30,035 nucleotides of DNA from Opitutia bacterium. GTDB lineage: Bacteria > Verrucomicrobiota > Verrucomicrobiia > Opitutales > T3Sed10-336. This document shows positions 8,392 through 17,476 of this stretch, one piece after another. A program made the position numbers and the translations under genes. The notes beneath the pieces were generated by a model. That model had not been told where the DNA came from and did not search any database. It saw only the letters and a program-made list of their open reading frames with translations. The DNA is taken from NCBI GenBank assembly GCA_050506795.1, contig JBJHCF010000053.1:1-30035 (forward strand). The letters run 5' to 3'. Position 1 is the first letter of the stretch. Every line of letters begins with the position of its first letter.

Positions 8392-11300
8392 ATGAAAAGA
8401 CTTCGGCCCTTCGCTTTCCCGGCGGCTACCGCTTTCCCTTTTTTATTCGCCCTCCTGTCGGCGGCGCTGGGCGACCAGGTCCACGAACCCACCATAGACA
8501 ATCCGGGAGGTTACGTTCTGGCGTCCGACGCCGAAAACCCGAATTCGGGCTACAACCGCGACGCCGTCCAGCTCGGGTTCGTCCACGGGGCATCCTCACC
8601 CGGCTTCGACGGCGGCACCGTTCACTACCGCTATGTCTACCGGTTGCTCGACGAGGTCGGGGACCCCGTGCCGGTTTTGAACGACGAGGGCACGGTTCGT
8701 CCCGAACTGATTTTCGAAGACACGGTCGTTTTCGATTCTCTCGCCGCTATCGGACTGGAGCGAGACTTTCGTCTCCCCCCGGGCGTACAGCTCGATTCGC
8801 ACACTTTGTACCAGGCCCAGGTCACGATCTATCGCCGGGACGAGGGTTCCAGTACCTGGTTCCAGTCCGCCGAAAACGCCACACCGCCGCGCCGCCTGAT
8901 CCACTTCACGCACACCGATTCCGACGATGACGCGCTCAATGTCATCTCTTCTTTGGAGGGTCTTGCAATTCAGGACACCACCGTGGTTGCCACCGTCGAC
9001 GGGATGCGGCATTTTTCCGCCCGGGCCGATCTCACGCTTTTCCGCTGGGACGGTTTCGATGAAACCTTTGTCAGCAACGACTCCGTAACGGTCCATTTCG
9101 ACCTGGAATTGCGGCGCCTCGACAACGGCAATCCGGTGCCTCTTGAGGAATCGCGCATTACCCGGACTTTCGACGTGGACAGCTTTCAGGCCGGCAGCAG
9201 CCCGCGCGAACCCAAGGAGCAAAATTTCGACAATGTCGAACTGGAGTTCCTGCCCGCGGGCCAACTCGACTCCGTCGCCACCCAGTACCGCCTGCATGTG
9301 GCGGTGTCCCATGTCGACCTGGCCGGCGACGCCTCCACACCGGGCAACGATCGGCTCACGAGCGGCGCACGACTCCTCCACTTCAACGGTTCACTGCTCT
9401 TCGGGAACATCCGGGGGCAAATCAACGGACTGCAAAGCACCCCGGTCTCCCTCGGCGCCACCGCCGGCTGGATCGCCTCGGAACTGGAGCTCGAGGAGGC
9501 GGGCGGCGCCATCGAGGGGGTCGAGGACATCGTGTTCGGCGACGGCTCCTTTATTCCCGTCAACCTGCTCGCCAACGGCGACGCCGAGTACACCGGCGGC
9601 GACCCGGTGGCCGCCATTCCCGGCGAGGGTTACGAACCGCGCGTCCACGGCGGCCACCGCTTTTCCCACAACCCGATCGCACTGACCACCGGCGGAGCCT
9701 CGGCGACCCAGATCACCTTGGTACTCCCCGCCGGGGCAGGAATTCTGCCCGGACCTCTGCCCCAGGGAGAGTTTCTGGTGGGCTTTCCCTTTGTGCCCTT
9801 CAGCGATGTCGAACTCGACCAGAACATGCTGCCAATCGCTTCCACCCTCAGCCTCGAACTGGACAATCGGAAGTTCTACGTCGAATCCTTTCCCGTCTAC
9901 CTGCTCCTGGAGGAATTCGAATGGGCGATCAGCGCCGAGGAAATTATTCTGCATCCGACCGGCGTCGAGTTCATGCAGGAAGCCCGTTTCGCCTACCTGG
10001 AGGATCCGGACGCCGGGCTTGCCAATCCCGATGCCGCCCAACGTATGTCCAACGACATGTATTTTCGTCACGTCGACGGCATCAACGGGAACGCCACCCT
10101 GCGTCGAGGCGACAACGGCGAAGCGCTGCTCAATTGCGAGCTCAGCATTGGCCCCGGCCACCACAACGCGCACTTTCCCCTGTACAGCCATGTCGCCTGG
10201 GATGTCGGCGGCCAGCTTCACATCGAAGACACCCGCATCGACCCCGCCGCCAGCTACCTGGAAGGCGTCCAGGGCGCCCTGCAGATCTACCAGGCGAGCT
10301 GTCCGGACGACGATTGCGGCGGCGCTTCGCCCCTCCTGCGCTACCGGGCCATCGTCCCCGATAACAATCTTGCTTTATTCACCCCCGAAGGCGGTCTCCA
10401 CGCCACCGGCGACACCATGACCGAAGGGATTTATGACCCCCACCTCGAATGGGGCATGATCCCTTACAATGTCACCACCCATGAAACCGACGCCTTCATG
10501 CGGGCGAATTTCTACACCCCGGGTAACGTCCTGGCTGGATCGGACTTTCCCGGCGACCCGGACAAGGCTCCGGGAACCCTCCTGCTTTCCGGTGTGAATC
10601 CGGACGATCTCACCGAAATGGAACGCCCGGGCGAAACCGCCTATAAAGCGGGTCTCGGCGACTACCCGGGTCTCAATTTCCGGGTCGATGGGAATCAGGG
10701 CGAAAGCAAACTCGGCGGCGAATGGTTCAGCTTCGCTCTGAGTGACCGCTCCAAGTACTACGCGCGCTGGTCCGGCGTCTCCGGCATCCACGAAGCCGCG
10801 TCCTTCGACGAAACCCGGGAAATCTACGGCTACCCGTTCGCCTTCTCCAATTTCGGACTGTCCTTCCTTGCGGGCGTCAACCACGACTCCCGCGTCAACG
10901 GCGAGGTCACCGTCCCCTACCCGTCCGATTTCACCCAGGAATTCGAAAACATGACCGTCACCTGCCTGGGCGCTCTCGACGAGGCGCAACCACCGGAGGA
11001 CGATCCGGACAAAACCCTCGTCTACTGGGGCGCGGTGTTCAGCACCTACGCCATCCAGTTCGAGCCGGACCCCGACACCCCCTGCGCCCCGGAAGCCGGT
11101 TTTCTCACCCTCGGCGTCGGCACCGAACCGGGTTCACTCGCCACCCGTCTCTACGGCACCCTCGGTTTCTTCCCCGACGGTGAACTCATCGCTCCGTCCG
11201 AACACCCGGCAACCGTCGCCTCCCGACTCATCGCCCCGCAATCCCTGGAAGTCGCCGGTCCCGGTGCCGAAACTTACCGCGTCACCCCGGTGGCGGATCT

Positions 11301-13947
11301 TTACTTCAATTCCCACCACCTGCGCGACCAGCAAACCACCCCCGAACCCGCCCCCTTCCTCTCCCTCGCCGCGGGTATGAACGTGCCGTTCTTCGAGCAG
11401 ATTCAGGCTCAGCTTCACCTGTCCCCCCTGCCGGGAGCCGGCGAGGATGACGATATCTTCGAACGCCTTTATTATGTCATGGGAGGCTGGCCGGATACCG
11501 ACGCCGGCTGGACCGACGGCCAGGGCCGGCACTTTTTCTCGTACACGGACTTCGACGGCGAGAACCGCGGCTACCCGGACGGCGAAACACTGGAATCCTA
11601 CCGCGATCCCACCCGTAATGACGCGTCCAATACGCAATACCTGGCCCGCGCCCAAAAACAGTGGCTCGGAGTCATCCCCTTCGATTACCCGCTCAAGTGG
11701 ACCCCGGTCAATCGCGCGTTTCGCTCCCCGCAAAACGTGGAAAACGATCTCCTTGTCCTGCAGGTCGAACACCAGGTGCTCTACCTTGATCCCAACAACG
11801 CGGAGATCTCGTTCGGCGCGCAGTACGACGGGCTGCCGCAGATCAATGTCGCGAACATGCTCTACGACGCGGTGGACGAACAACTCGGCGCCGCCAATTC
11901 CCTCGTTAATTCCGCCGGGCAGGCGGTCTTCGATCGCCTCCTCGGGGGCGTCGACGGGTTCGCCCGAATTCTCGACGACAAGGTGCAGATGATTTTCCGG
12001 GAGCTGTTCGACGAGGGAATCGATCCGCTGCTGGACGAACTCGCTGCCGAAATCAATGCCCACCTGGCTTCCTTCCCCGACGATCCCTCCATCGACATCG
12101 ATCCCAACGAATTGATCGCGGAACACGCTCCGTGGCTCGACGCCTGGGACGATCACATCGATCAACTCGAAACCGAACTGGCCGGTCTGCACCAGCAGAT
12201 CCGCGAGGAAATCGCAGCCATCGCCGGCGGCGCCCAGGACGTGACCGCCGCGCCGGTCAACCTCATCGGGCAAATCGACGACGAACTCGCCCGGGTGCAG
12301 GATTCGATTCGCGCCGTGCTCGCCATGATGCCGGATTCCGTGGCGGTCGACCCCGACAAAATCGCGGACCTCCTTCCCGACCTGCCCGACGGCCAGGCCG
12401 GCCGCATTCTCGAAATCCTGGTGGGAGATCTCATCAGCAAGGAACTCCCGAACCTCGCCGCGAGCCTCATTGAGGAACCGCTGGAGGAATTGATGGAGCG
12501 CGCCGAACCCACCCTGGCCCAAATCGCGCATTTCCTCGACCGTATCGACGACCGCATCGGAGATGTCCGCGACAGCCTGCAGGAACAGGGTCAAGGCATT
12601 GACAGTTTCGCCGGCGAAATCCGCGAACGGATCGCCGGCGCCCAACAGGAAATCGAAAACATCGTCGACACCGTATTCGAGGAAGCCTTCGCGCGGCTGC
12701 AATCCCTGCCGCGCAACGACTACCGGTTCGACGAAATCGTCTACGATCCGGACATCGACCTGCCGGGCGAGGACGACGTCAACGCGATCAAGGAGGAACT
12801 AAAAACCTTCCTGCGCGAAACCTTTGAGGACGTCTTCTTCGAATCTGACATCGTCCGCCAGTACCACCGCATCGTCCGCCAGCGGATCTACGACATCTAC
12901 CTGGAAAAACAGGAAGCTGTGGACACCGTCTTCGCCCAGGTCAACGACATGGTGAAGGAGATTATCCGCGACACCGTGGGCTCCGCCGAAGACGCGATCA
13001 ACGAAGTGGTGGGCGACCTCTCCGAAAAAATCGGCGCCGGCGAAATCACCGGTCACGCCCACATCCAGGGCGAGGCCCTCAGGCTGCTGCGCCTCGACGG
13101 TCATTTCCAATTCCAGGTGCCCGACGAAATGGAACTGAGGGCATACCTGCAAATCAAGCAACTGCGCGCCGACGGCACGGACGGATGTATTCCGGCCAAC
13201 GGCGACAACGACCGCGCGGTGGAAGCCACCATCGGCGCCATCGATATTCCGCTGGAATGGCTGGCGCCCGACCTGCGGGCCGACGTGGAAACCCGCTTCT
13301 CCTTCGACACCGGTGGCGAATGGCCGGTACCGCGCGGCCTGGCCGGTTCCTTTGCGCTAACCGGGGGCACCATCGGTTTCGAGTCCTTCGAGATCAATCA
13401 ACTCGCCGCCGCCATGGCATTCAGCGCGAGCGGGGGCGAGGTCAACGAAGCCTATCTCAGCGCCGCCGTCGGACTCGACTTCAACGATTACGCCGCGTCA
13501 GGCGGTGTCTTCTTTGGCCGCGCGTGCAGCCTCCACCCGATCCAGATCTGGGATCCGGACGTGGCCGCCGTCCTCAACGATCCCCCGTTCACCGGAGTGT
13601 ATGTGTACGGCGAAGTCTGGATGCCGGTTTCCGAAGCCCTCCTTGGCATTCCCGCCACCTGCATGTTCCGGGTATCCGCCGGCGTGGGCGCGGGCATGTT
13701 CTACTTTGTTGAAGGCCCCACCTACGGCGGCAAACTTTTCGCCGGACTGTCGGGCGACATCCTCTGCCTGGTCAGCGTCGCCGGCGAACTCACCATGATC
13801 GGCGTCAAACAAGGCGGCGGCGCGGTCAATCTCACCGGACTCGGCTTCGTCGAAGGCAAAATCGGCGTCGGCCGCTTCGGCAAAACCATCAGTCGCGACG
13901 TCGTCGCCAGCTACATCGACGGCAGTTGGGATGTGGACCTGCAATGA
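8392..13947 (+). CDS. Giant secreted hypothetical protein (1851 aa): two N-terminal repeats, long beta-rich region, ~400-aa acidic helical region, Gly-rich beta C-terminus
   Basis: Uninterrupted 5.5-kb ORF with strong GC3 bias and a signal peptide (MKRLRPF...SAALG/DQ). No catalytic motif recognised. Confidence 0.9.
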   Translation: MKRLRPFAFPAATAFPFLFALLSAALGDQVHEPTIDNPGGYVLASDAENPNSGYNRDAVQLGFVHGASSPGFDGGTVHYRYVYRLLDEVGDPVPVLNDEGTVRPELIFEDTVVFDSLAAIGLERDFRLPPGVQLDSHTLYQAQVTIYRRDEGSSTWFQSAENATPPRRLIHFTHTDSDDDALNVISSLEGLAIQDTTVVATVDGMRHFSARADLTLFRWDGFDETFVSNDSVTVHFDLELRRLDNGNPVPLEESRITRTFDVDSFQAGSSPREPKEQNFDNVELEFLPAGQLDSVATQYRLHVAVSHVDLAGDASTPGNDRLTSGARLLHFNGSLLFGNIRGQINGLQSTPVSLGATAGWIASELELEEAGGAIEGVEDIVFGDGSFIPVNLLANGDAEYTGGDPVAAIPGEGYEPRVHGGHRFSHNPIALTTGGASATQITLVLPAGAGILPGPLPQGEFLVGFPFVPFSDVELDQNMLPIASTLSLELDNRKFYVESFPVYLLLEEFEWAISAEEIILHPTGVEFMQEARFAYLEDPDAGLANPDAAQRMSNDMYFRHVDGINGNATLRRGDNGEALLNCELSIGPGHHNAHFPLYSHVAWDVGGQLHIEDTRIDPAASYLEGVQGALQIYQASCPDDDCGGASPLLRYRAIVPDNNLALFTPEGGLHATGDTMTEGIYDPHLEWGMIPYNVTTHETDAFMRANFYTPGNVLAGSDFPGDPDKAPGTLLLSGVNPDDLTEMERPGETAYKAGLGDYPGLNFRVDGNQGESKLGGEWFSFALSDRSKYYARWSGVSGIHEAASFDETREIYGYPFAFSNFGLSFLAGVNHDSRVNGEVTVPYPSDFTQEFENMTVTCLGALDEAQPPEDDPDKTLVYWGAVFSTYAIQFEPDPDTPCAPEAGFLTLGVGTEPGSLATRLYGTLGFFPDGELIAPSEHPATVASRLIAPQSLEVAGPGAETYRVTPVADLYFNSHHLRDQQTTPEPAPFLSLAAGMNVPFFEQIQAQLHLSPLPGAGEDDDIFERLYYVMGGWPDTDAGWTDGQGRHFFSYTDFDGENRGYPDGETLESYRDPTRNDASNTQYLARAQKQWLGVIPFDYPLKWTPVNRAFRSPQNVENDLLVLQVEHQVLYLDPNNAEISFGAQYDGLPQINVANMLYDAVDEQLGAANSLVNSAGQAVFDRLLGGVDGFARILDDKVQMIFRELFDEGIDPLLDELAAEINAHLASFPDDPSIDIDPNELIAEHAPWLDAWDDHIDQLETELAGLHQQIREEIAAIAGGAQDVTAAPVNLIGQIDDELARVQDSIRAVLAMMPDSVAVDPDKIADLLPDLPDGQAGRILEILVGDLISKELPNLAASLIEEPLEELMERAEPTLAQIAHFLDRIDDRIGDVRDSLQEQGQGIDSFAGEIRERIAGAQQEIENIVDTVFEEAFARLQSLPRNDYRFDEIVYDPDIDLPGEDDVNAIKEELKTFLRETFEDVFFESDIVRQYHRIVRQRIYDIYLEKQEAVDTVFAQVNDMVKEIIRDTVGSAEDAINEVVGDLSEKIGAGEITGHAHIQGEALRLLRLDGHFQFQVPDEMELRAYLQIKQLRADGTDGCIPANGDNDRAVEATIGAIDIPLEWLAPDLRADVETRFSFDTGGEWPVPRGLAGSFALTGGTIGFESFEINQLAAAMAFSASGGEVNEAYLSAAVGLDFNDYAASGGVFFGRACSLHPIQIWDPDVAAVLNDPPFTGVYVYGEVWMPVSEALLGIPATCMFRVSAGVGAGMFYFVEGPTYGGKLFAGLSGDILCLVSVAGELTMIGVKQGGGAVNLTGLGFVEGKIGVGRFGKTISRDVVASYIDGSWDVDLQ

Positions 13948-16900
13948 GACCATCGTCGAGATTTACCTCGGAAATTCCAGCAACCGTTTTCGCAATGACA
14001 CCTATGATAAAGCCGTTTCATAAAAGCCTGGCTTCGATTTTTCCTCTCAGCCTGGCCCTGGCCGTTTCTCCCTGGCTCACCGCCAATGAAATCGACGAAC
14101 CGATGGTGATGACCGTCGGCACAGTTCACAACGACACGCCCAGCGGCGACACCTGGACCTACCTGACCTGGGAGGAAACGCTGGACGGCGCGCTCGACGA
14201 AGGACCGGTCGCCGTGTTCCGAAAATCCGGCGAAGCCGAGGCTCCGGCTCCCTTCGACCGCGTCGCCGTCGTCTCCTGGCTGAGCGATCCCCTCACCATC
14301 CAGTCCATGCTCAACCGGGCGCCGGAATTGAACGACGATCTCGCCCGTCTGGAATCGAATATCGATGAGATCTTCGGCGAAATGCTCGCCGCCACCGATG
14401 ACCTGCCTTCCGACGGCGACCCGGCGGAGGTTTCGCTGGCCCATAAAGTCGCGGCCCTTCTGAACGCCGCCGCGGCCGATGCCGAACAACGCGAAACCGT
14501 GCGCTGGCTGGCTCGCGTCCACCCGGTGCTCAACCTTTGCCTCGGACGCGCCTTCGCCGAAGTCGTGGCGGACAGCGGCCCGGTCACCTACGAGGTGCGT
14601 CACTGGGATCCGGCCGAAGGCCAAAGCCTGGAGGTCATCGGACGCATCACCCTCGACCCCGGCGCCGGCATCGTCAGGCTCCCGGCGGCCGGATACGCGG
14701 TCGAGGTGCCGCCCGACGGTCCCCGCGGGCACCTGTCGGTGCGTCTGCGCTGGGCGACGCCGGACGACCTTCGCGTGCGGGCGCCATTACATTTCGGATA
14801 CAACGTCTACCGCATGACGGAGGACTATGCCCGCGATGTCGGCTACGACGAACGCCCGCCCCATCCCGACGCCCTTTCCGACTACGCCGGCGATCCCACC
14901 TTCACCGAGGTGGTGCGCGCCAACCGGGCTCCTGTCGTGACCGACCGGATACTTTCCGAAAATGAAGCCCTCGACCTCTCGATCCAGCCCGGCGACCAGG
15001 AACCGTTTTTCTTTTTCGGCGACGACAACGACCGCTTCAACCACGGCGTTCCCTTCGAGGACGGCGACGGCTTTTATTATTTCATCACCGCCCGCGATAT
15101 CCTCGGGCGCGACGGCTACGCCTCCGACGGCACCCACGTGGTGGTCTGTTCACAAATGCCCCCCAATCCTCCCGGACGGGTGTGGGTGGAAAACCACTAC
15201 CGGTACGAGGACGGCGACCCGCAGGGACAACAGCATCTCGCGGTCCACTGGGAGCCGTCGAGCAGCGACACCGCCGAACAATACTACGTTTACCGCTTCA
15301 CCAGCGTAAACGAAATGCAGATCGCCACCCAGCAGGACCACCGCACGGAGGACTTCCGCATCGCCGGTCCGATCGAAGCCAAGGGTGACGGCGTCATGAC
15401 CTACATCGACGACGGTTCCGGCAACGACTGGCTGCGATATCCGGCGGGCCCCGCCGACTACGGCGTGCCCTACCTCTACACCGTGCGCGCGGAAGAAATG
15501 AGCGCCTGCGGCGGCAACCTTTCCGGACACGGCGCCCCCGCCTGGGGTGTGCTGCGCCAGCGCGAAGGGCCGGAAGCCGTCGACGCGACCCTGATCCCCA
15601 ACTCGCGCGCCATCACGATTCAACCCCCGCAATCGATCGTGGATGTTGCCGCGGACATGGAAGTCTTCGAAAGCCGTGTGTTCCAAGTGGCGGTCCAACG
15701 CCTCAACCCCGCCATCGAGTGGGCCGAGATCCAGATCGTAGCCCCGATGCGCGCGCCTTATCCCCATAGAAACCTGGGACGACAGGTATTCGGTGGCGAC
15801 GATGAGGTTTCCGCCAATTTCATCATGTGGGAGTGGCACTTGAATCAACCCCCGACCATTCTGGTTACAGCCGGCGGATCGGGCCTGACTCCGGCCCAGT
15901 CCTACGTTTACCTCCCCGACCTCAACGCAAAACCCGACACAGGAACCGGCGGCAACATCGGTCGCATGGTCTTTATCGCCGATGTCGAAACCGGTCCCGG
16001 CCTCGACGGCGTGGACCCGAATTTACACGTCTCCACCGATCCCGTAACCGGCGAAATCTTCTGCCTTGACCTGGAGGTCATTATCGAAGCCGGTTCGCCG
16101 GCCGCCGAATGGCGAATCTACCGGCGCATCGGTCAGGGAGACCTCGAACTTGTTCACCAGGAGATGCGCGAACCGGGCGCGGACGGCACGCTGGACTGGC
16201 AGGACTGCGCCCTGCCGGCCCGCGGCGGCATCGCCTGTTATTTCGTTCAGGCCCTCGACGACGAAGGCAACCCCGGTCCGATGACACGCGCCGGGTGCGT
16301 ACAACTCGAACCCACCCACAGCCTGCCGACACCCATGCTCTACCCCGTGCGCTCCCTCGGGACCGAGGACGACTCCCTGGCGACCGTTTCCTGGTTCAGT
16401 TCGCCCGAAGGAGTGGACCGGTTCGAGATCCTGATCGCCGCCGAAGGCGGCACGCCCCCGGAACACATCAGCGACGAACTGTCGGCCCGGCGCAATGACA
16501 CACCCATAACGCTTCCCGGTTTCGAGGATCAGAACTTCCACGTTTACGAAACCGCCCGCGTCGGTGTCGGCCTGCACGGCGACGGACCCGAATTCTCGGT
16601 CCAGGCGAGCTTTCTGTCGGGAACCGATCACACCATCCTGATCCGCGCCGTCGGTCAGGGACCCTTCACCGGACGTCCCGCAAACGACGGCCGCCCGGCC
16701 ATCGCCGAACGTCAGCGCGGCGCCCTCAGCAACAGCGAAACCTTCCAATGGACGGCCCCCGAAGACGAACCCGGCCCGCTGGTTCCCTGGCCGGCGCGTT
16801 CCCTTCCGCCGCTGGCGGACAACGGCGCCCGGTTGATCGCCGACATGGTGACCCCCCAGACCGGCGCCGGGGTACGCATCGGCGAATTCCGTTTTGTTAC

Positions 16901-17447
16901 CTTCGAGGAGAATCCGCAGCCTGTATCCATGCCGGGAACACACCCCTACCCTCTGCCATTTGAATACGATCCCAATGACGCCGTTTTTTCCGTCAACGGG
17001 CTGGAAAGCGTGTCGGACGACGCCGACACCGACAAATCCCTGCTCCCCGCCGTCCTCTACCGCTACCAGGTTCCCAACAGCGTCTTTCCCGACGTGGGAG
17101 GCAACCTGGTCCAGGTCTCTCCGCTGATCCGGGAGATCGCATTCCAGGTGCGGCCGGACGACGCCAAGGAGCGTTCGGACTTCGAGCACGCCTACGCCGC
17201 GTTTCCGCCGGGTGGGCACAAGGACTACAACATCCTGCAGGACCCCTTCCTCGCGGCCAAGATGAAAGAAGGGGCCAACGCCCTGATGAGAAAAACGCAC
17301 GACCTTTTCATCCTCGACAATCAACCGGTCGTATTCGGCGCCAAGTACCGCTACCTGCTGGTGCGTTTTAACGACGACGGCGAGATCGACCGCGTCTTTC
17401 CCGTACCCGCCCTCGATCTCGGCGGCCAGGGCGGAAACGGCCTCTGA
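13944..17447 (+). CDS. Large secreted protein with multiple fibronectin-III-like modules (~1167 aa; start could be 13995 or 14004)
   Basis: ATG 13944 overlaps the previous stop (ATGA). Signal peptide ...LALAVSPWLTA/NE. Repeated Fn3-like signatures LRW...GYNVYR, YYFITARD, VHW...YYVYR, YLYTVRA, WRIYRR, YFVQALD. Confidence 0.88.
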   Translation: MRPSSRFTSEIPATVFAMTPMIKPFHKSLASIFPLSLALAVSPWLTANEIDEPMVMTVGTVHNDTPSGDTWTYLTWEETLDGALDEGPVAVFRKSGEAEAPAPFDRVAVVSWLSDPLTIQSMLNRAPELNDDLARLESNIDEIFGEMLAATDDLPSDGDPAEVSLAHKVAALLNAAAADAEQRETVRWLARVHPVLNLCLGRAFAEVVADSGPVTYEVRHWDPAEGQSLEVIGRITLDPGAGIVRLPAAGYAVEVPPDGPRGHLSVRLRWATPDDLRVRAPLHFGYNVYRMTEDYARDVGYDERPPHPDALSDYAGDPTFTEVVRANRAPVVTDRILSENEALDLSIQPGDQEPFFFFGDDNDRFNHGVPFEDGDGFYYFITARDILGRDGYASDGTHVVVCSQMPPNPPGRVWVENHYRYEDGDPQGQQHLAVHWEPSSSDTAEQYYVYRFTSVNEMQIATQQDHRTEDFRIAGPIEAKGDGVMTYIDDGSGNDWLRYPAGPADYGVPYLYTVRAEEMSACGGNLSGHGAPAWGVLRQREGPEAVDATLIPNSRAITIQPPQSIVDVAADMEVFESRVFQVAVQRLNPAIEWAEIQIVAPMRAPYPHRNLGRQVFGGDDEVSANFIMWEWHLNQPPTILVTAGGSGLTPAQSYVYLPDLNAKPDTGTGGNIGRMVFIADVETGPGLDGVDPNLHVSTDPVTGEIFCLDLEVIIEAGSPAAEWRIYRRIGQGDLELVHQEMREPGADGTLDWQDCALPARGGIACYFVQALDDEGNPGPMTRAGCVQLEPTHSLPTPMLYPVRSLGTEDDSLATVSWFSSPEGVDRFEILIAAEGGTPPEHISDELSARRNDTPITLPGFEDQNFHVYETARVGVGLHGDGPEFSVQASFLSGTDHTILIRAVGQGPFTGRPANDGRPAIAERQRGALSNSETFQWTAPEDEPGPLVPWPARSLPPLADNGARLIADMVTPQTGAGVRIGEFRFVTFEENPQPVSMPGTHPYPLPFEYDPNDAVFSVNGLESVSDDADTDKSLLPAVLYRYQVPNSVFPDVGGNLVQVSPLIREIAFQVRPDDAKERSDFEHAYAAFPPGGHKDYNILQDPFLAAKMKEGANALMRKTHDLFILDNQPVVFGAKYRYLLVRFNDDGEIDRVFPVPALDLGGQGGNGL

Positions 17448-17476
17448 ACGGAAGAACGAGCAAACCCAACGCAACC

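Noticed and set aside
11134..12702. 522-aa minus-strand ORF, and similar long antisense ORFs (16023..17474, 18668..19675, 5333..6313, 24670..25794)
   Set aside because: These are antisense shadows of long GC3-biased genes. They have no recognisable motifs and are fully overlapped by better-supported CDSs.
8392..13947. Autotransporter, RHS or contractile-injection-system component
   Set aside because: No YD repeats, no terminal aromatic beta-signal, and no recognisable sheath, tube or baseplate genes nearby.
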